From an uncultured bacterium (GTDB lineage: Bacteria; Bacteroidota; Ignavibacteria; UBA10030; BY39), in the NCBI GenBank assembly GCA_937967455.1, contig CALCJK010000013.1, positions 6,302 through 70,301 on the forward strand: DNA of 64,000 nucleotides, in the 5' to 3' direction. The translations under genes and the position numbers were made by a program. Within the stretch, counting starts at the first letter, position 1; every line of letters begins with the position of its first letter. Below, one piece after another: positions 9,826 through 19,832 of this stretch. The notes below the pieces were generated by a model that was given only the letters and a program-made list of their open reading frames with translations, did not search any database and was not told the origin of the DNA.

Positions 9826-10806
9826 ATGAAAAAAGCATTTGTTACAGGTGCAACAGGTTTTATTGGCAGTCATCTGGTTGAAGCTCTGCTCAGTAAACAG
9901 TATAAAATTAAATGTTTAGTTAGAAAATCTGCAAATTTAAGGTGGATAAAGGATTTACCAGTTGAAATAGTATATGGTGATTTGTTTAATAAAGATGTTT
10001 TAACTGAAGCAACTAAAGACGTAGATTATATATTTCATATTGCTGGTGTAATTGCTTCTCGAACTAAGGAAGGTTATTATTATGGCAATGTTGAAACCAC
10101 CAAGAATTTGCTTGAAGTAGCATCAAAAAATTTAAATTTAAAAAGATTTGTTTTTGCAGGCAGCTTAACAGCTGTAGGTCCAGCTGCGAATAAGATACCA
10201 CCAGATGAGCAATCACCATGTAATCCGATAACAAATTATGGAAGAAGTAAACTAGAAGCTGAGAAAGAAGTTTTAAAGTTTAAAGACAAAATTCCAGTAA
10301 CAGTTTTAAGATTGCCAGCAGTTTATGGACCGCGAGATACTGCTACACTGGATTTTTTCAAAACAGTTAGTAAAGGTGTTATTCCATTGGTCGGATATAA
10401 GAGTAAATACATAAGTATACTATATGTAAGTGATGTTGTAAAGGCGTTAATTGATGCGGCAGAATGCGATATGGCTATTGGAGAAGTTTTTTTAATTGGT
10501 AGTGAAAAATTTTATACATGGGAAGAAATTGGAATGGCAATTGAAAAATATACAAAGCACCGGACTATAAAAGTTAGATTTCCTGAATTTTTTGTTGTAA
10601 TTGCAGCAGCTTTCAATAATTTTTTAGATATTTTTAGAAAAAAACCTTCTGTGTTTAATATTGAAAAGAGTAAGGATATGATTGCCGATGCCTGGATTGC
10701 AGATATTACTAAGGCAAAAAATCATCTAAATTTCAGACAAGATGTGGATTTGGAAGAAGGTATAAGGAGAACATTCGAGTGGTATCAGAAAGAAGGCTGG
10801 ATATGA
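9826..10806 (+). CDS. NAD(P)-dependent epimerase/dehydratase family SDR, candidate ceramide reductase (CerR-like)
   Basis: TGATGFIG Rossmann motif, YGRSK catalytic motif and VYGPRD. It is divergent from spt. Confidence 0.75.
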   Translation: MKKAFVTGATGFIGSHLVEALLSKQYKIKCLVRKSANLRWIKDLPVEIVYGDLFNKDVLTEATKDVDYIFHIAGVIASRTKEGYYYGNVETTKNLLEVASKNLNLKRFVFAGSLTAVGPAANKIPPDEQSPCNPITNYGRSKLEAEKEVLKFKDKIPVTVLRLPAVYGPRDTATLDFFKTVSKGVIPLVGYKSKYISILYVSDVVKALIDAAECDMAIGEVFLIGSEKFYTWEEIGMAIEKYTKHRTIKVRFPEFFVVIAAAFNNFLDIFRKKPSVFNIEKSKDMIADAWIADITKAKNHLNFRQDVDLEEGIRRTFEWYQKEGWI

Positions 10807-10810
10807 ATTA

Positions 10811-10840
10811 TTGACTTTTAGGTCAAATTTTTTTTATATT
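10811..10840 (+). promoter_or_regulatory. Putative sigma70 promoter with overlapping TTGAC-N6-GTCAA palindrome
   Basis: TTGACT(10811)-N18-TATATT(10835), with an inverted repeat at 10811-10826. Confidence 0.5.
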
Positions 10841-10874
10841 AAAGTAAAACCAAACACAAAATGTTGAGGAAAGT

Positions 10875-11189
10875 ATGAAATTAAAGAGAAAGTATCATCA
10901 TTGGACTGAAAAAGAAATTGAGCTTTTAAAAAAGTACTGTCCAACTTATGGTGTTAAATATGCTTCGAAAAAGTTAGGCAGAAGTATAAGTACGATTCGA
11001 GCAGTTGCACACTTGCATAGAATTAAATGTAAAAACCCAACACCAGTTTGGAACCCAAAAAATGTTGAATTCTTAAAAAAATGGTATGGTAAGATAGATG
11101 CTGCAAAAATTGCTAAAAAGATTGGTACTACAAAACTTGCAGTACAAAAACATGCTAGCAGACTCGGTATTACAGGTAAAAAAAGTTGA
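10875..11189 (+). CDS. Small basic protein with two Myb/SANT-like HTH repeats
   Basis: Repeats WTEKEIELLKKY...ASKKLGRSISTI and WNPKNVEFLKKW...IAKKIGTTKLAV. RBS GAGGA. Confidence 0.7.
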   Translation: MKLKRKYHHWTEKEIELLKKYCPTYGVKYASKKLGRSISTIRAVAHLHRIKCKNPTPVWNPKNVEFLKKWYGKIDAAKIAKKIGTTKLAVQKHASRLGITGKKS

Positions 11190-12440
11190 TTGAATATAAA
11201 GCTTACTAACATAAAACAACTCGTTACTGTTTCTCACGAATTATCTCGCCCTAAAAACAAACACTTCCGTGTAGGCGTGGAAATGAGTGAACTTGCTATT
11301 ATTGAAAATGCCGCACTTGTGATTGAGAACGGTATTATAACTTTTTTCGGTAAAATGCAGGACCTTCCTTCTAATGATTTTAATGAAATTGATTGTACCG
11401 ATAAAGTAGTAATGCCCGGCTTTGTGGATTCTCATACTCATCTTTTGTTTGCAGGTAGCAGAGAAGAAGAATTTGCAATGCGTTCGCGAGGATTTACCTA
11501 CCAACAAATTGCCGAACAGGGTGGAGGAATTTTATCAACCGTTGCTTTAACAAGAGCAGCAAGCAAAAAAGAATTAAAAAAGAACGCCCGCCGATATATT
11601 CATAAAATGATACAAAAAGGTACAACTACTGTTGAAATTAAAAGCGGTTATGGATTAAGTTTTGATGATGAAATTAAAATGCTTGAAGCCATTAAAGAGC
11701 TTCAAAAAGAAGAAATTATTACAATCTTATCTACATTTCTTGGTGCTCATGCATTTCCTCCTGAGTATAAAAATACCCCAGAACAATATGTAGATTTGAT
11801 TTGTAGCAAAATGATTCCTTATGTGGGCGAGCATAAATTAGCAGAATTTTGTGATGTTTTTTGCGAAAAAAATTATTTTAGTTTGAGTGATTCGGAAAAA
11901 ATTTTATCAACTGGAATAAATTACGGTTTAAAACCTAAAATACACGCAGAAGAGTTAAGTAATTCTGGAGGTGCAATTCTAGCAGGAAAATTAAAAGCTA
12001 CTTCAGCTGATCATCTTGAACATATATCTGATGAAGGAATTGCATCTATGAAAGAAGGCGGTGTAGTAGCTGTTTTACTACCAGGAGTTTCTTTCTTTTT
12101 GAATCATAATTATGCACCTGCGAGGAAGTTAATTGATAATGAAGTACCTGTTGCTATAGCTACCGATTTTAATCCAGGCTCTTGTATGTCATACTCAATG
12201 CCATTAATGCTAACCATTGCCTGCACACAGATGAAGATGAGCCCTGAAGAAGCAATTACTGCAGCAACAATCAATGCGGCTGCAGCACTAAATTTGTCAA
12301 GTGAAATAGGAAGCATAGATATTGGTAAAAAAGGAGATATGTTAATCCTGAATATTCCAAATTATAAATTTCTGGTTTATCATTTTGGTGAAAATCATGT
12401 TTATAAAGTAATAAAAAACGGTACATATTTAGAATTTTGA
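11190..12440 (+). CDS. hutI: Imidazolonepropionase
   Basis: PGFVDSHTH, GGGILSTV, EIKSGYGL, HAEEL, SADHLE and ATDFNPG motifs. TTG start directly after the upstream stop. Confidence 0.95.
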   Translation: MNIKLTNIKQLVTVSHELSRPKNKHFRVGVEMSELAIIENAALVIENGIITFFGKMQDLPSNDFNEIDCTDKVVMPGFVDSHTHLLFAGSREEEFAMRSRGFTYQQIAEQGGGILSTVALTRAASKKELKKNARRYIHKMIQKGTTTVEIKSGYGLSFDDEIKMLEAIKELQKEEIITILSTFLGAHAFPPEYKNTPEQYVDLICSKMIPYVGEHKLAEFCDVFCEKNYFSLSDSEKILSTGINYGLKPKIHAEELSNSGGAILAGKLKATSADHLEHISDEGIASMKEGGVVAVLLPGVSFFLNHNYAPARKLIDNEVPVAIATDFNPGSCMSYSMPLMLTIACTQMKMSPEEAITAATINAAAALNLSSEIGSIDIGKKGDMLILNIPNYKFLVYHFGENHVYKVIKNGTYLEF

Positions 12441-12456
12441 AACGGAAAGTGTAAAT

Positions 12457-13509
12457 ATGAAGAATTTAGTTGAATGTGTCCCAAATTTCAGCGAAGGACA
12501 AAATCATAATATAATTGATGCAATTGCAGGTGTGATAGATGCAACAGAAAATGTAAAACTCCTGAGTGTAGAACCTGATCGGGATTATAATCGAACTGTA
12601 ATTACTTTTGTAGGTACACCTGATGCTGTAAAGCAAGCAGCATTTGAAGCTACGAAAGTTGCTTCAGAAATGATTGATATGCGTCAGCACAAGGGCGAAC
12701 ATCCCAGAATTGGTGCTGTGGATGTTGTACCTTTTGTTCCATTGAGCGGAGTAACAATGGATGATTGTGTTAAGCTTGCAAACGAATATGGTAAAATGGT
12801 TTCAGATAAGTTAAATATTCCAGTATTTTTATATGAAGAAGCGGCTCGTAAATCTGATAGAAAGAATCTCTCAAATATCAGAAAAGGTGAGTACGAGGGA
12901 CTTGAGCAAAAATTAAAAGATCCTGAATGGTTTCCTGATTATCCAATTAGAGGGTCTAATCAGTTTAATCCCAAATCTGGAGCAACTGTTGCAGGCGCCC
13001 GCTATTTTTTGATTGCTTATAATGTAAATCTTAATACAAACGACAAAAACATTGCGCACGAAATTGCTTTGAGAATTAGAGAAAGTGGTAGACCTATGAA
13101 AAATGAAAAAGGTGAAATTGTTAAAGACTCAACGGGTAAAACTGTGAATGTGCCCGGCTCACTCAAAGCCGTGAAAGCAATGGGTGTTTTATTAGAAAGA
13201 TTCAATATTGCTCAGGTCTCCATAAATTTAACTAACTTTAATGTAACTCCTCCACATATAGCTTTTGAAGAAGTTAAAAAGGAAGCTCAAACACTGGGAG
13301 TTGAGGTTACAGGTAGTGAAATTGTTGGATTGGTTCCCAAAGATGCATTAATTACTGCTGGAAAGTTTTATTTGGGAGAACAACTTCAAACTTTGAATGT
13401 TTCAGAAATGGATTTAATTAATGTGGCTATACAATACTTGGGTTTGAATCAGCTTGAAACTTTTAATCCGTATAAAAAAATAATTGAATATATGATTGAA
13501 GGAGAATAA
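12457..13509 (+). CDS. ftcd: Glutamate formimidoyltransferase
   Basis: ECVPNFSEG, YNRTVIT, HKGEHPRIGAVDVVPF, LIAYNVNL, AQVSINL and GSEIVGLVP motifs. Confidence 0.93.
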   Translation: MKNLVECVPNFSEGQNHNIIDAIAGVIDATENVKLLSVEPDRDYNRTVITFVGTPDAVKQAAFEATKVASEMIDMRQHKGEHPRIGAVDVVPFVPLSGVTMDDCVKLANEYGKMVSDKLNIPVFLYEEAARKSDRKNLSNIRKGEYEGLEQKLKDPEWFPDYPIRGSNQFNPKSGATVAGARYFLIAYNVNLNTNDKNIAHEIALRIRESGRPMKNEKGEIVKDSTGKTVNVPGSLKAVKAMGVLLERFNIAQVSINLTNFNVTPPHIAFEEVKKEAQTLGVEVTGSEIVGLVPKDALITAGKFYLGEQLQTLNVSEMDLINVAIQYLGLNQLETFNPYKKIIEYMIEGE

Positions 13510-13510
13510 A

Positions 13511-14140
13511 ATGTTAACAAAGAAAACTATTGAATCCTTTTTGGATGAGTTAGCGTCAAATTCACCTGCACCTGGAGGTGGGAGCGCAGCTGCATTAACT
13601 GCTGCAATTGGAACAGCCCTTATATCAATGGTTTGCAACTTGACTATAGGTAAGAAAAAATATCTCGATGTAGAAGAAGAAATGAAAAAAATTTTACAAG
13701 ATTCAGAAAGAATAAGAAAACACTTTACCGAATTAATTAATAAAGATACAGAAGCCTTTAAGAAAGTTATGGAAGCATATTCCTTACCAAAAGAAAGTGA
13801 TGCACAAAATTCTCTAAGAAATGCTGCAATTGATTCGGCAATGAAAGAAGCTGCACTTGTCCCACTTGAAGTGATGAAACATTGTGTAGATGCTCTTGCA
13901 CTTTCAAAAATTGTGGCTCAGAAGGGGAATAAAAATTCAATTAGTGATGCAGGTGTAAGTGCACTTTTATTGGTTTCTGCATCTGAATCTGCATATTTGA
14001 ATGTGAAAATTAACTTAAATTCTATAAATGATTCTGACTTTGTTGGTTGGAAGAATGAAGAGGCAAACTCAACACTCAATACTTGCAGAAAATATCAAAC
14101 TGAAATTATGAATTCTGTATATGAGACATTAGAGTCTTAA
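13511..14140 (+). CDS. Formiminotetrahydrofolate cyclodeaminase / cyclohydrolase family
   Basis: SPAPGGGSAAA, NLTIGKKKY, GNKNSISDA and NVKINL motifs. RBS GGAG precedes ATG 13511. Confidence 0.9.
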   Translation: MLTKKTIESFLDELASNSPAPGGGSAAALTAAIGTALISMVCNLTIGKKKYLDVEEEMKKILQDSERIRKHFTELINKDTEAFKKVMEAYSLPKESDAQNSLRNAAIDSAMKEAALVPLEVMKHCVDALALSKIVAQKGNKNSISDAGVSALLLVSASESAYLNVKINLNSINDSDFVGWKNEEANSTLNTCRKYQTEIMNSVYETLES

Positions 14141-14152
14141 GAATATCTCTTA

Positions 14153-15601
14153 TTAAACTTTCCAATAAACCTTGGTAAAAATTACCAAAGCTGTAAATAG
14201 TTCAAGTCGTCCTATTATCATACAAAAACTCAAAATCCATTTTCCCAAAAAATGAATGTTAGAATAGTTATCCATAGGTCCAACACTACCTAATCCTGGG
14301 CCTATATTACTCAGAGATGCTATCACCGCTCCCATTGCGGATATTATGTCCATTCCTAAAATTGTCATTATAATAGTTGCAACTACAAAAGTAGTAACAA
14401 AGAGTACAAAAAAAGCCAGAATATTATTGATGATGTCCTGTGGTACAGTTCTGTTGTTATACCTCACAGGTACGATTGCCTTTGGATGAATTAGTTTTCG
14501 AAGTTCTGCATTACCATTTTTCAGTAATATTAAAATTCTCATATTTTTAATTCCTCCAGCTGTTGAGCCAGCACAACCACCAATGAACATTAAAATAAGC
14601 AGAATAAATTGAATGGAATATGGCCAGATTTCGTAGTCAGCAGTTGAATAACCTGTCGTGGTTATTATAGATACAACTTGAAAAGCAGAATATCTTAATG
14701 CTGATGTAAATGAATTATAGTTACCAGAATTAATTAACAATAAAACTGAAATGAAAATGCTAATAAGTACGATTGATAGATAAAATACAAATTCATTATT
14801 TTTGAAATATTCTCTTACATCTCCTTTTAAAGCTTTATAATGAAGTACAAAATTGGCACCTGCAATGAACATAAAAACAATTATGACGGTATCAATGTAA
14901 GGTGAATTATAATGCGCAATACTCAAATTTCTTGTGGAGAAACCTCCTGTAGCCATAGTAGTAAAAGAATGAGATAGGGCATCAAATATATTCATACCAC
15001 CTAAAAGGAGTAGAAGTGTTTGAACAAAGGTAAACATTACATAAACTTGCCAAAGGACTTTTGCTGTTTCACCGATTCGAGGTTTTATTTTATCAACAGT
15101 TGGGCCTGGTGATTCAGCTTTGAAAAGTTGCATACCACCTACGCCCAATATAGGAAGAATAGCCAGTGAGAGCAGAATTATTCCCATACCACCCAACCAT
15201 TGCGTCATAGAACGCCAGAAGAGCAAACCTTTTGGCAGTGCTTCCACATTTGTAAGAATAGATGCCCCGGTTGTTGTAAAACCTGACACAGTTTCAAAGA
15301 ATGCATCTGTGAAAGAAGGGATTGCCCCAGATACAACATATGGAATTGATCCAAATAAACTCATAGCTAACCAGGCGAACGTGACTATAGCAAAAGCTTC
15401 ACGCGGATTTACCTCAATTTCAGGTGTTTTTAAAAAAAACCAAGTTAAAATGCCTATAACAATGCATAAAATTGATGAACCTAAAATTGGTAGCAAGCTG
15501 CTATCTGAATAGTAAAGGGAAAATGGTAATGATAAGAGCATTGCTACACCAATGAAAAAAACGATAATTCCTAATATAGAAATTACAAGCTTAATGTTCA
15601 T
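14153..15601 (-). CDS. trkH: Trk potassium uptake membrane protein
   Basis: Four pore motifs (SGFTTTGAS, TMATGGFS, ITTTGY, SNIGPG), plus GGCAGSTAGGIK and GRLE. Confidence 0.95.
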   Translation of the reverse strand: MNIKLVISILGIIVFFIGVAMLLSLPFSLYYSDSSLLPILGSSILCIVIGILTWFFLKTPEIEVNPREAFAIVTFAWLAMSLFGSIPYVVSGAIPSFTDAFFETVSGFTTTGASILTNVEALPKGLLFWRSMTQWLGGMGIILLSLAILPILGVGGMQLFKAESPGPTVDKIKPRIGETAKVLWQVYVMFTFVQTLLLLLGGMNIFDALSHSFTTMATGGFSTRNLSIAHYNSPYIDTVIIVFMFIAGANFVLHYKALKGDVREYFKNNEFVFYLSIVLISIFISVLLLINSGNYNSFTSALRYSAFQVVSIITTTGYSTADYEIWPYSIQFILLILMFIGGCAGSTAGGIKNMRILILLKNGNAELRKLIHPKAIVPVRYNNRTVPQDIINNILAFFVLFVTTFVVATIIMTILGMDIISAMGAVIASLSNIGPGLGSVGPMDNYSNIHFLGKWILSFCMIIGRLELFTALVIFTKVYWKV

Positions 15602-15603
15602 GA

Positions 15604-16947
15604 TTATTTGCTAAAAAGTTTTTCAACTTCAGGAATTGCTTTTGGGAGTGAAAATACCACAACTCTTTCATTTGGATTTATTTTTGTTGTTCCAACGGGT
15701 ATAATTACAGAATTGCTGCTCATTACACATCCAATAATTGCACCTTTTGGGAACTCTAAATCTTTAAGAGGTTTCTTTGTGATATCAGAGCCTTTTTGAG
15801 CTACTAGTTCAATTACTTCAGCATCAACTCCATGTAATGTTGCAACTGATAAAATTTGACCTTTACGGATAAATTTTAGAATTATCTGTGCAGCTGAAAG
15901 TTTTTTATTAACTGCAACATCAAGACCAATTGTGGCTGCAAGTGTTACATAGTCAGTATTTTCTACTAGTGCGATCGTTCGTGGGACACCAAGATGTCGT
16001 GCCATTAGACAGGAAATTATGTTTGTTTCCTCATCCTCAGTAACAGCAATATAAACATCCATATCCATAATGCCTTCTTTAGCAAGTAAATCTATATCCG
16101 AACCTTCACCATGAATAATTAGAGCTTTATGCAGTTTGTCTGCTAATTCTAAGGAGCGATCTTTGTTTGATTCCACAATTTTTACATTAACTTCTTCTTC
16201 TAATTTTTCAGCTACCATGCTTCCGATTCTTCCTCCACCTAAAATCATTACATTCTTAACTGATTCACCTTCCTTACCGGCAAGTCGTAAAATATCCTGC
16301 ACATATTCTGTTTTGCAGATTGCGAAAACTTGATCATTCTTTTTAAGTGTATCCTGACCTGATGGAATAATTGTACGCACACCTCTACTGATTGCAACAA
16401 TCCTGAAAACCAGTTCATCATATTCTTTAACTACATCTTGAACAGTTTTGTTGATAATTGGACTCAACGTATCTAACCGCATACCTATTATTTGAACTTT
16501 ACCGTCGCCAAATTCAAGTACATCTGTGGCAGCTGCCCTTTTAACCAGCCGCACAATTTCTTCGGCTGTTACTGCCTCTGGATTTATTGAAAGATTAATT
16601 CCAAGTTCCTCTGGTTTTACAAGAGCTTCTGAATTATTAAATTCTGAGCTGCTAATACGAGCAATTGTTCGTTTTGCGCCCAGTTTGCTTCCAATCTGAC
16701 AGGCAAGTATATTTACCTCGTCGTGAGGAGATACAGCAACCAATAGATCTGCTTCTTCAGCGCCTGCCTGCGATAGTAAAACTGGACTTATACCGCTCCC
16801 TTTATAAGCTATTACATCTAAATTTTCGTTTACTCTATTTACTCGATCTTCATCACTGTCTATTACCACAATATCGTGATGTTCCTGTGATAGAATCTTT
16901 GCTAAGTGAAATCCAACTTCACCTGCACCTACAATAATAATCTTCAA
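15604..16947 (-). CDS. trkA: Trk potassium uptake NAD-binding subunit
   Basis: Two RCK_N domains (GAGEVG, GGGRIG) and RCK_C domains. TTG start. Confidence 0.95.
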   Translation of the reverse strand: MKIIIVGAGEVGFHLAKILSQEHHDIVVIDSDEDRVNRVNENLDVIAYKGSGISPVLLSQAGAEEADLLVAVSPHDEVNILACQIGSKLGAKRTIARISSSEFNNSEALVKPEELGINLSINPEAVTAEEIVRLVKRAAATDVLEFGDGKVQIIGMRLDTLSPIINKTVQDVVKEYDELVFRIVAISRGVRTIIPSGQDTLKKNDQVFAICKTEYVQDILRLAGKEGESVKNVMILGGGRIGSMVAEKLEEEVNVKIVESNKDRSLELADKLHKALIIHGEGSDIDLLAKEGIMDMDVYIAVTEDEETNIISCLMARHLGVPRTIALVENTDYVTLAATIGLDVAVNKKLSAAQIILKFIRKGQILSVATLHGVDAEVIELVAQKGSDITKKPLKDLEFPKGAIIGCVMSSNSVIIPVGTTKINPNERVVVFSLPKAIPEVEKLFSK

Positions 16948-17105
16948 ATTTTCAGCATTTTCCTTAGTTTAACATATTTTTCGTTTCTAATTTGAATAAT
17001 TTTTATATAAAACGCAAATATCAACCCTCTCTTTTTATAAAAGTACTTAATTAAATAATTCTATTGATTGGTTACAGGGATTAGTCTAATATGACCTAAA
17101 ACACT

Positions 17106-18230
17106 TCAAATTTCTATTTTAACAGGTTGTGATTTCTTTTTGTTCTTTTTTAGATATTTTTGCTCTATATTATTGTTAGGTTCTGGTTCTTCTTCTACAT
17201 CAGGGTAAGTAAATATATCGTATTTATAATTTCTCAAAATTATTTGATTTCCTGCTCTACCAATTACATATTGTGGAAGTAAAGGTATTTTTCCTCCACC
17301 ACCAGGAGCATCAATTACATAATATGGAATTGCCAGACCCGATGTATGACCTCTCAATTTATCCATAATTTCCAATCCCTTACTAACAGGAGTTCGGAAA
17401 TGGTTTGCACCTTTTGTTATATCAGCCTGGTAAAGGTAATAAGGTTTTACACGAATTGTTAAAAGTTTACGCATTAGTTCGAGCATAACATCTGGGTCAT
17501 CGTTGACACCTTTCATTAAGACAGCTTGGTTACCAAGTGGAATTCCAGCATCAGCTAACAGCTCACAAGCTTTTTTAGCTTCTGGTGTTATTTCCCAGGG
17601 ATGATTAAAATGTGTATTTACGTAAATTGGATGATATTTTTTGAGCATCTTTACAAGTTTTGGAGTTATTCTCTGTGGCAATACGCAGGGCATTTTAGTG
17701 CCAAGTCGAATTATTTCAACATGTTGTATTTCTCTTAATCCCTTTAGAATTTTTTCCAGCATATAGTCGGTAAGCATAAGTGGATCACCACCAGACAGGA
17801 TCACATCCCTGACTTCAGGATGTTTGGCTATATAATCTATCCCATCTTGTATGAATTTCATTCTAATTTTGGAGGAATCACCAACTTTCCTTTTTCGTGT
17901 GCAAAAGCGACAGTACATTGAACATTGGCTTGTTGTTAAGAAAAGTACTCTGTCCGGATATCTATGCACGATACTTGGTACTGGACTATGTGAATCTTCT
18001 GCTAACGGGTCTTCAGGAAGTCCATCTTCTTCTAATTCTTTTTCAGAAGGTATACATTGAAGCCAGATTGGATCACCTGGATATCTAATCAAACTTAAGT
18101 AGTACGGATTAATTCGGATGTGAAATAATTTATTAAGTCGCTCAGCCAATTGTTCATCGAAACCAAACCTTTCTATCAAATCTTTAGCACTGTCAACGCT
18201 TTTGCGTAGCATCTCTTGCCAGAGTTCCAT
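17106..18230 (-). CDS. KamA family radical SAM/PLP aminomutase (lysine 2,3-aminomutase-like)
   Basis: HRYPDRV, CSMYCRFCTRKR (CxxxCxxC), SGGDPL, THFNHP, YQAD and DAPGGGGKIP (PLP lysine). Confidence 0.92.
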   Translation of the reverse strand: MELWQEMLRKSVDSAKDLIERFGFDEQLAERLNKLFHIRINPYYLSLIRYPGDPIWLQCIPSEKELEEDGLPEDPLAEDSHSPVPSIVHRYPDRVLFLTTSQCSMYCRFCTRKRKVGDSSKIRMKFIQDGIDYIAKHPEVRDVILSGGDPLMLTDYMLEKILKGLREIQHVEIIRLGTKMPCVLPQRITPKLVKMLKKYHPIYVNTHFNHPWEITPEAKKACELLADAGIPLGNQAVLMKGVNDDPDVMLELMRKLLTIRVKPYYLYQADITKGANHFRTPVSKGLEIMDKLRGHTSGLAIPYYVIDAPGGGGKIPLLPQYVIGRAGNQIILRNYKYDIFTYPDVEEEPEPNNNIEQKYLKKNKKKSQPVKIEI

Positions 18231-18270
18231 TTATACCTGTTTTCCTCCATTGTTTTTATTTAACATGATT

Positions 18271-18741
18271 TTAAAAGTATTTTCCATAAACTAAAAGGTC
18301 ATCTCCAATATTATAATAATCTTTAATTCTTGATAAAATCTGATATCCCGAACTTTCGTAAAACTTTCTGGTATTTTTATATTTTTCCTGTGAAGATGTT
18401 TCAATTACAATTAATCTGCCCCCATTTTGTTTAATTTTGGTTTCTGCAAAATTTATCAATTCTTTACCGATACCTTTACCTTGTTTATCTTTTTTAACAG
18501 CGATCCAGTATAAATCAAATGTCCCGGTGGTAAGTGGAGTTGGACCAATACAAATATATCCCAGCAAATTTTCGTTATTATCTGTGGCAGAGTATATGTC
18601 GTAATCTTTTTGATTTTTATTTGTTAAATAGATATCAACAAGTTCCATTGCAACTTCAATTTCTGCTGGTGTAAAAGCCTGTGTTTCTGTAAGGAGATTT
18701 ATTAGTTGTATTCGATCTTTTTCTAAAAATTTTCTAATCAA
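18271..18741 (-). CDS. GNAT family N-acetyltransferase
   Basis: FDLYWIAV, QGKGIG acetyl-CoA motif, IETSS and FYESSGY. Confidence 0.88.
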   Translation of the reverse strand: MIRKFLEKDRIQLINLLTETQAFTPAEIEVAMELVDIYLTNKNQKDYDIYSATDNNENLLGYICIGPTPLTTGTFDLYWIAVKKDKQGKGIGKELINFAETKIKQNGGRLIVIETSSQEKYKNTRKFYESSGYQILSRIKDYYNIGDDLLVYGKYF

Positions 18742-19829
18742 TTTAAAATTCTTTCTATTGCAAGTTCTACTATTTTTTTAATCATTTCCTCAAATGTGTA
18801 ACCTGCTGTTCTAGCTGAACGAGCAAAACCAGCATCTGCTGAAATATCGGGATTGGGATTAACTTCGAGTATATAGAGTTTAGAATTTTTATCCAATCTA
18901 AAATCTACTCTTGCATAGTCTCTGCAGCCAATTATTTTGTATGCTTTCAAAGCTAATTCAGATATTTCGTTTGCTAATTTTTCTGAAATCGGTGCAGGAC
19001 AAACGCCTTTTGTAAATTCGTATTCATCAGTACCCTTCATCCACTTTGCATTGTATGTAATAATTCTGTGATAATTGTCAGGTAATTGCGACATATCAAC
19101 TTCTGATATTGGAAGTACAACAGGTGGATTATTACCAAGTATTGCTGCATTTAGTTCTCTGCCATCTATATATTCTTCTATAAGTGCAGGTTGCTTGAAT
19201 TTTGAAAGTATATATTCGACTTGTTTTTTCAGGCTTTCAAAGTTATAAACAACAGAATTATTGTTTATACCTACACTTGCATCTTCTCTTGATGGTTTTA
19301 TTATCAAGGGGAAGTTTAGATTCCTATCAAGTTGAAATGGTATAGATTCAACTATTTGAAATTTTGGAGTTGGAAGGTTATGATAAAGTAATATTTCTTT
19401 AACTCTTGCTTTTTGTTGAGCCAGACCGAGCGTAAAAGCGGTTGCTCCAGTATATGAAATATTTAATAATTCATAAACACCTGCTACATGCATTTCGTGC
19501 ATTGATTCGGTACCGATACTCTCACATAAATTGAAGATTACATCTGGTTTCTCGTTTTGAAGAAATTTAAAAAGTTTCTCTATATTACTGTTTACATTAA
19601 ATAAAGTTGTTTTGAATCCTGAAGAATGGAGAGCTTTTTCGATGTCCCTCATTTCGTCAACTACACCTACTTCGGAGAGGTCAACGGTGTATCCCAATTC
19701 AGATAAATTTGAATTTTGTGAAGAAACATTTAAACCAAGTTCTGAAACAAATTTTCTTTCTTCTGCATCGAGAACGGTTGGTTCGTTGTAAATAATAGCT
19801 ACGGTTAAATTTTCCTTATTTTTTATCAT
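18738..19829 (-). CDS. D-Ala-D-Ala ligase-like ATP-grasp enzyme
   Basis: PDVIFNLCES, KPSREDASVGI, EEYIDGRE, YARVDFR and EVNPNP. It lacks the Ddl GGxSxE(H/R) N-terminal motif. Confidence 0.88.
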   Translation of the reverse strand: MIKNKENLTVAIIYNEPTVLDAEERKFVSELGLNVSSQNSNLSELGYTVDLSEVGVVDEMRDIEKALHSSGFKTTLFNVNSNIEKLFKFLQNEKPDVIFNLCESIGTESMHEMHVAGVYELLNISYTGATAFTLGLAQQKARVKEILLYHNLPTPKFQIVESIPFQLDRNLNFPLIIKPSREDASVGINNNSVVYNFESLKKQVEYILSKFKQPALIEEYIDGRELNAAILGNNPPVVLPISEVDMSQLPDNYHRIITYNAKWMKGTDEYEFTKGVCPAPISEKLANEISELALKAYKIIGCRDYARVDFRLDKNSKLYILEVNPNPDISADAGFARSARTAGYTFEEMIKKIVELAIERILN

Positions 19830-19832
19830 TTT

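Noticed and set aside
17106..18230. KamA homolog as EpmB (EF-P beta-lysylation) or glutamate 2,3-aminomutase
   Set aside because: No efp or epmA is nearby, and it has the LAM-type PGGGGK and the acidic YQAD/IDAP substrate residues.
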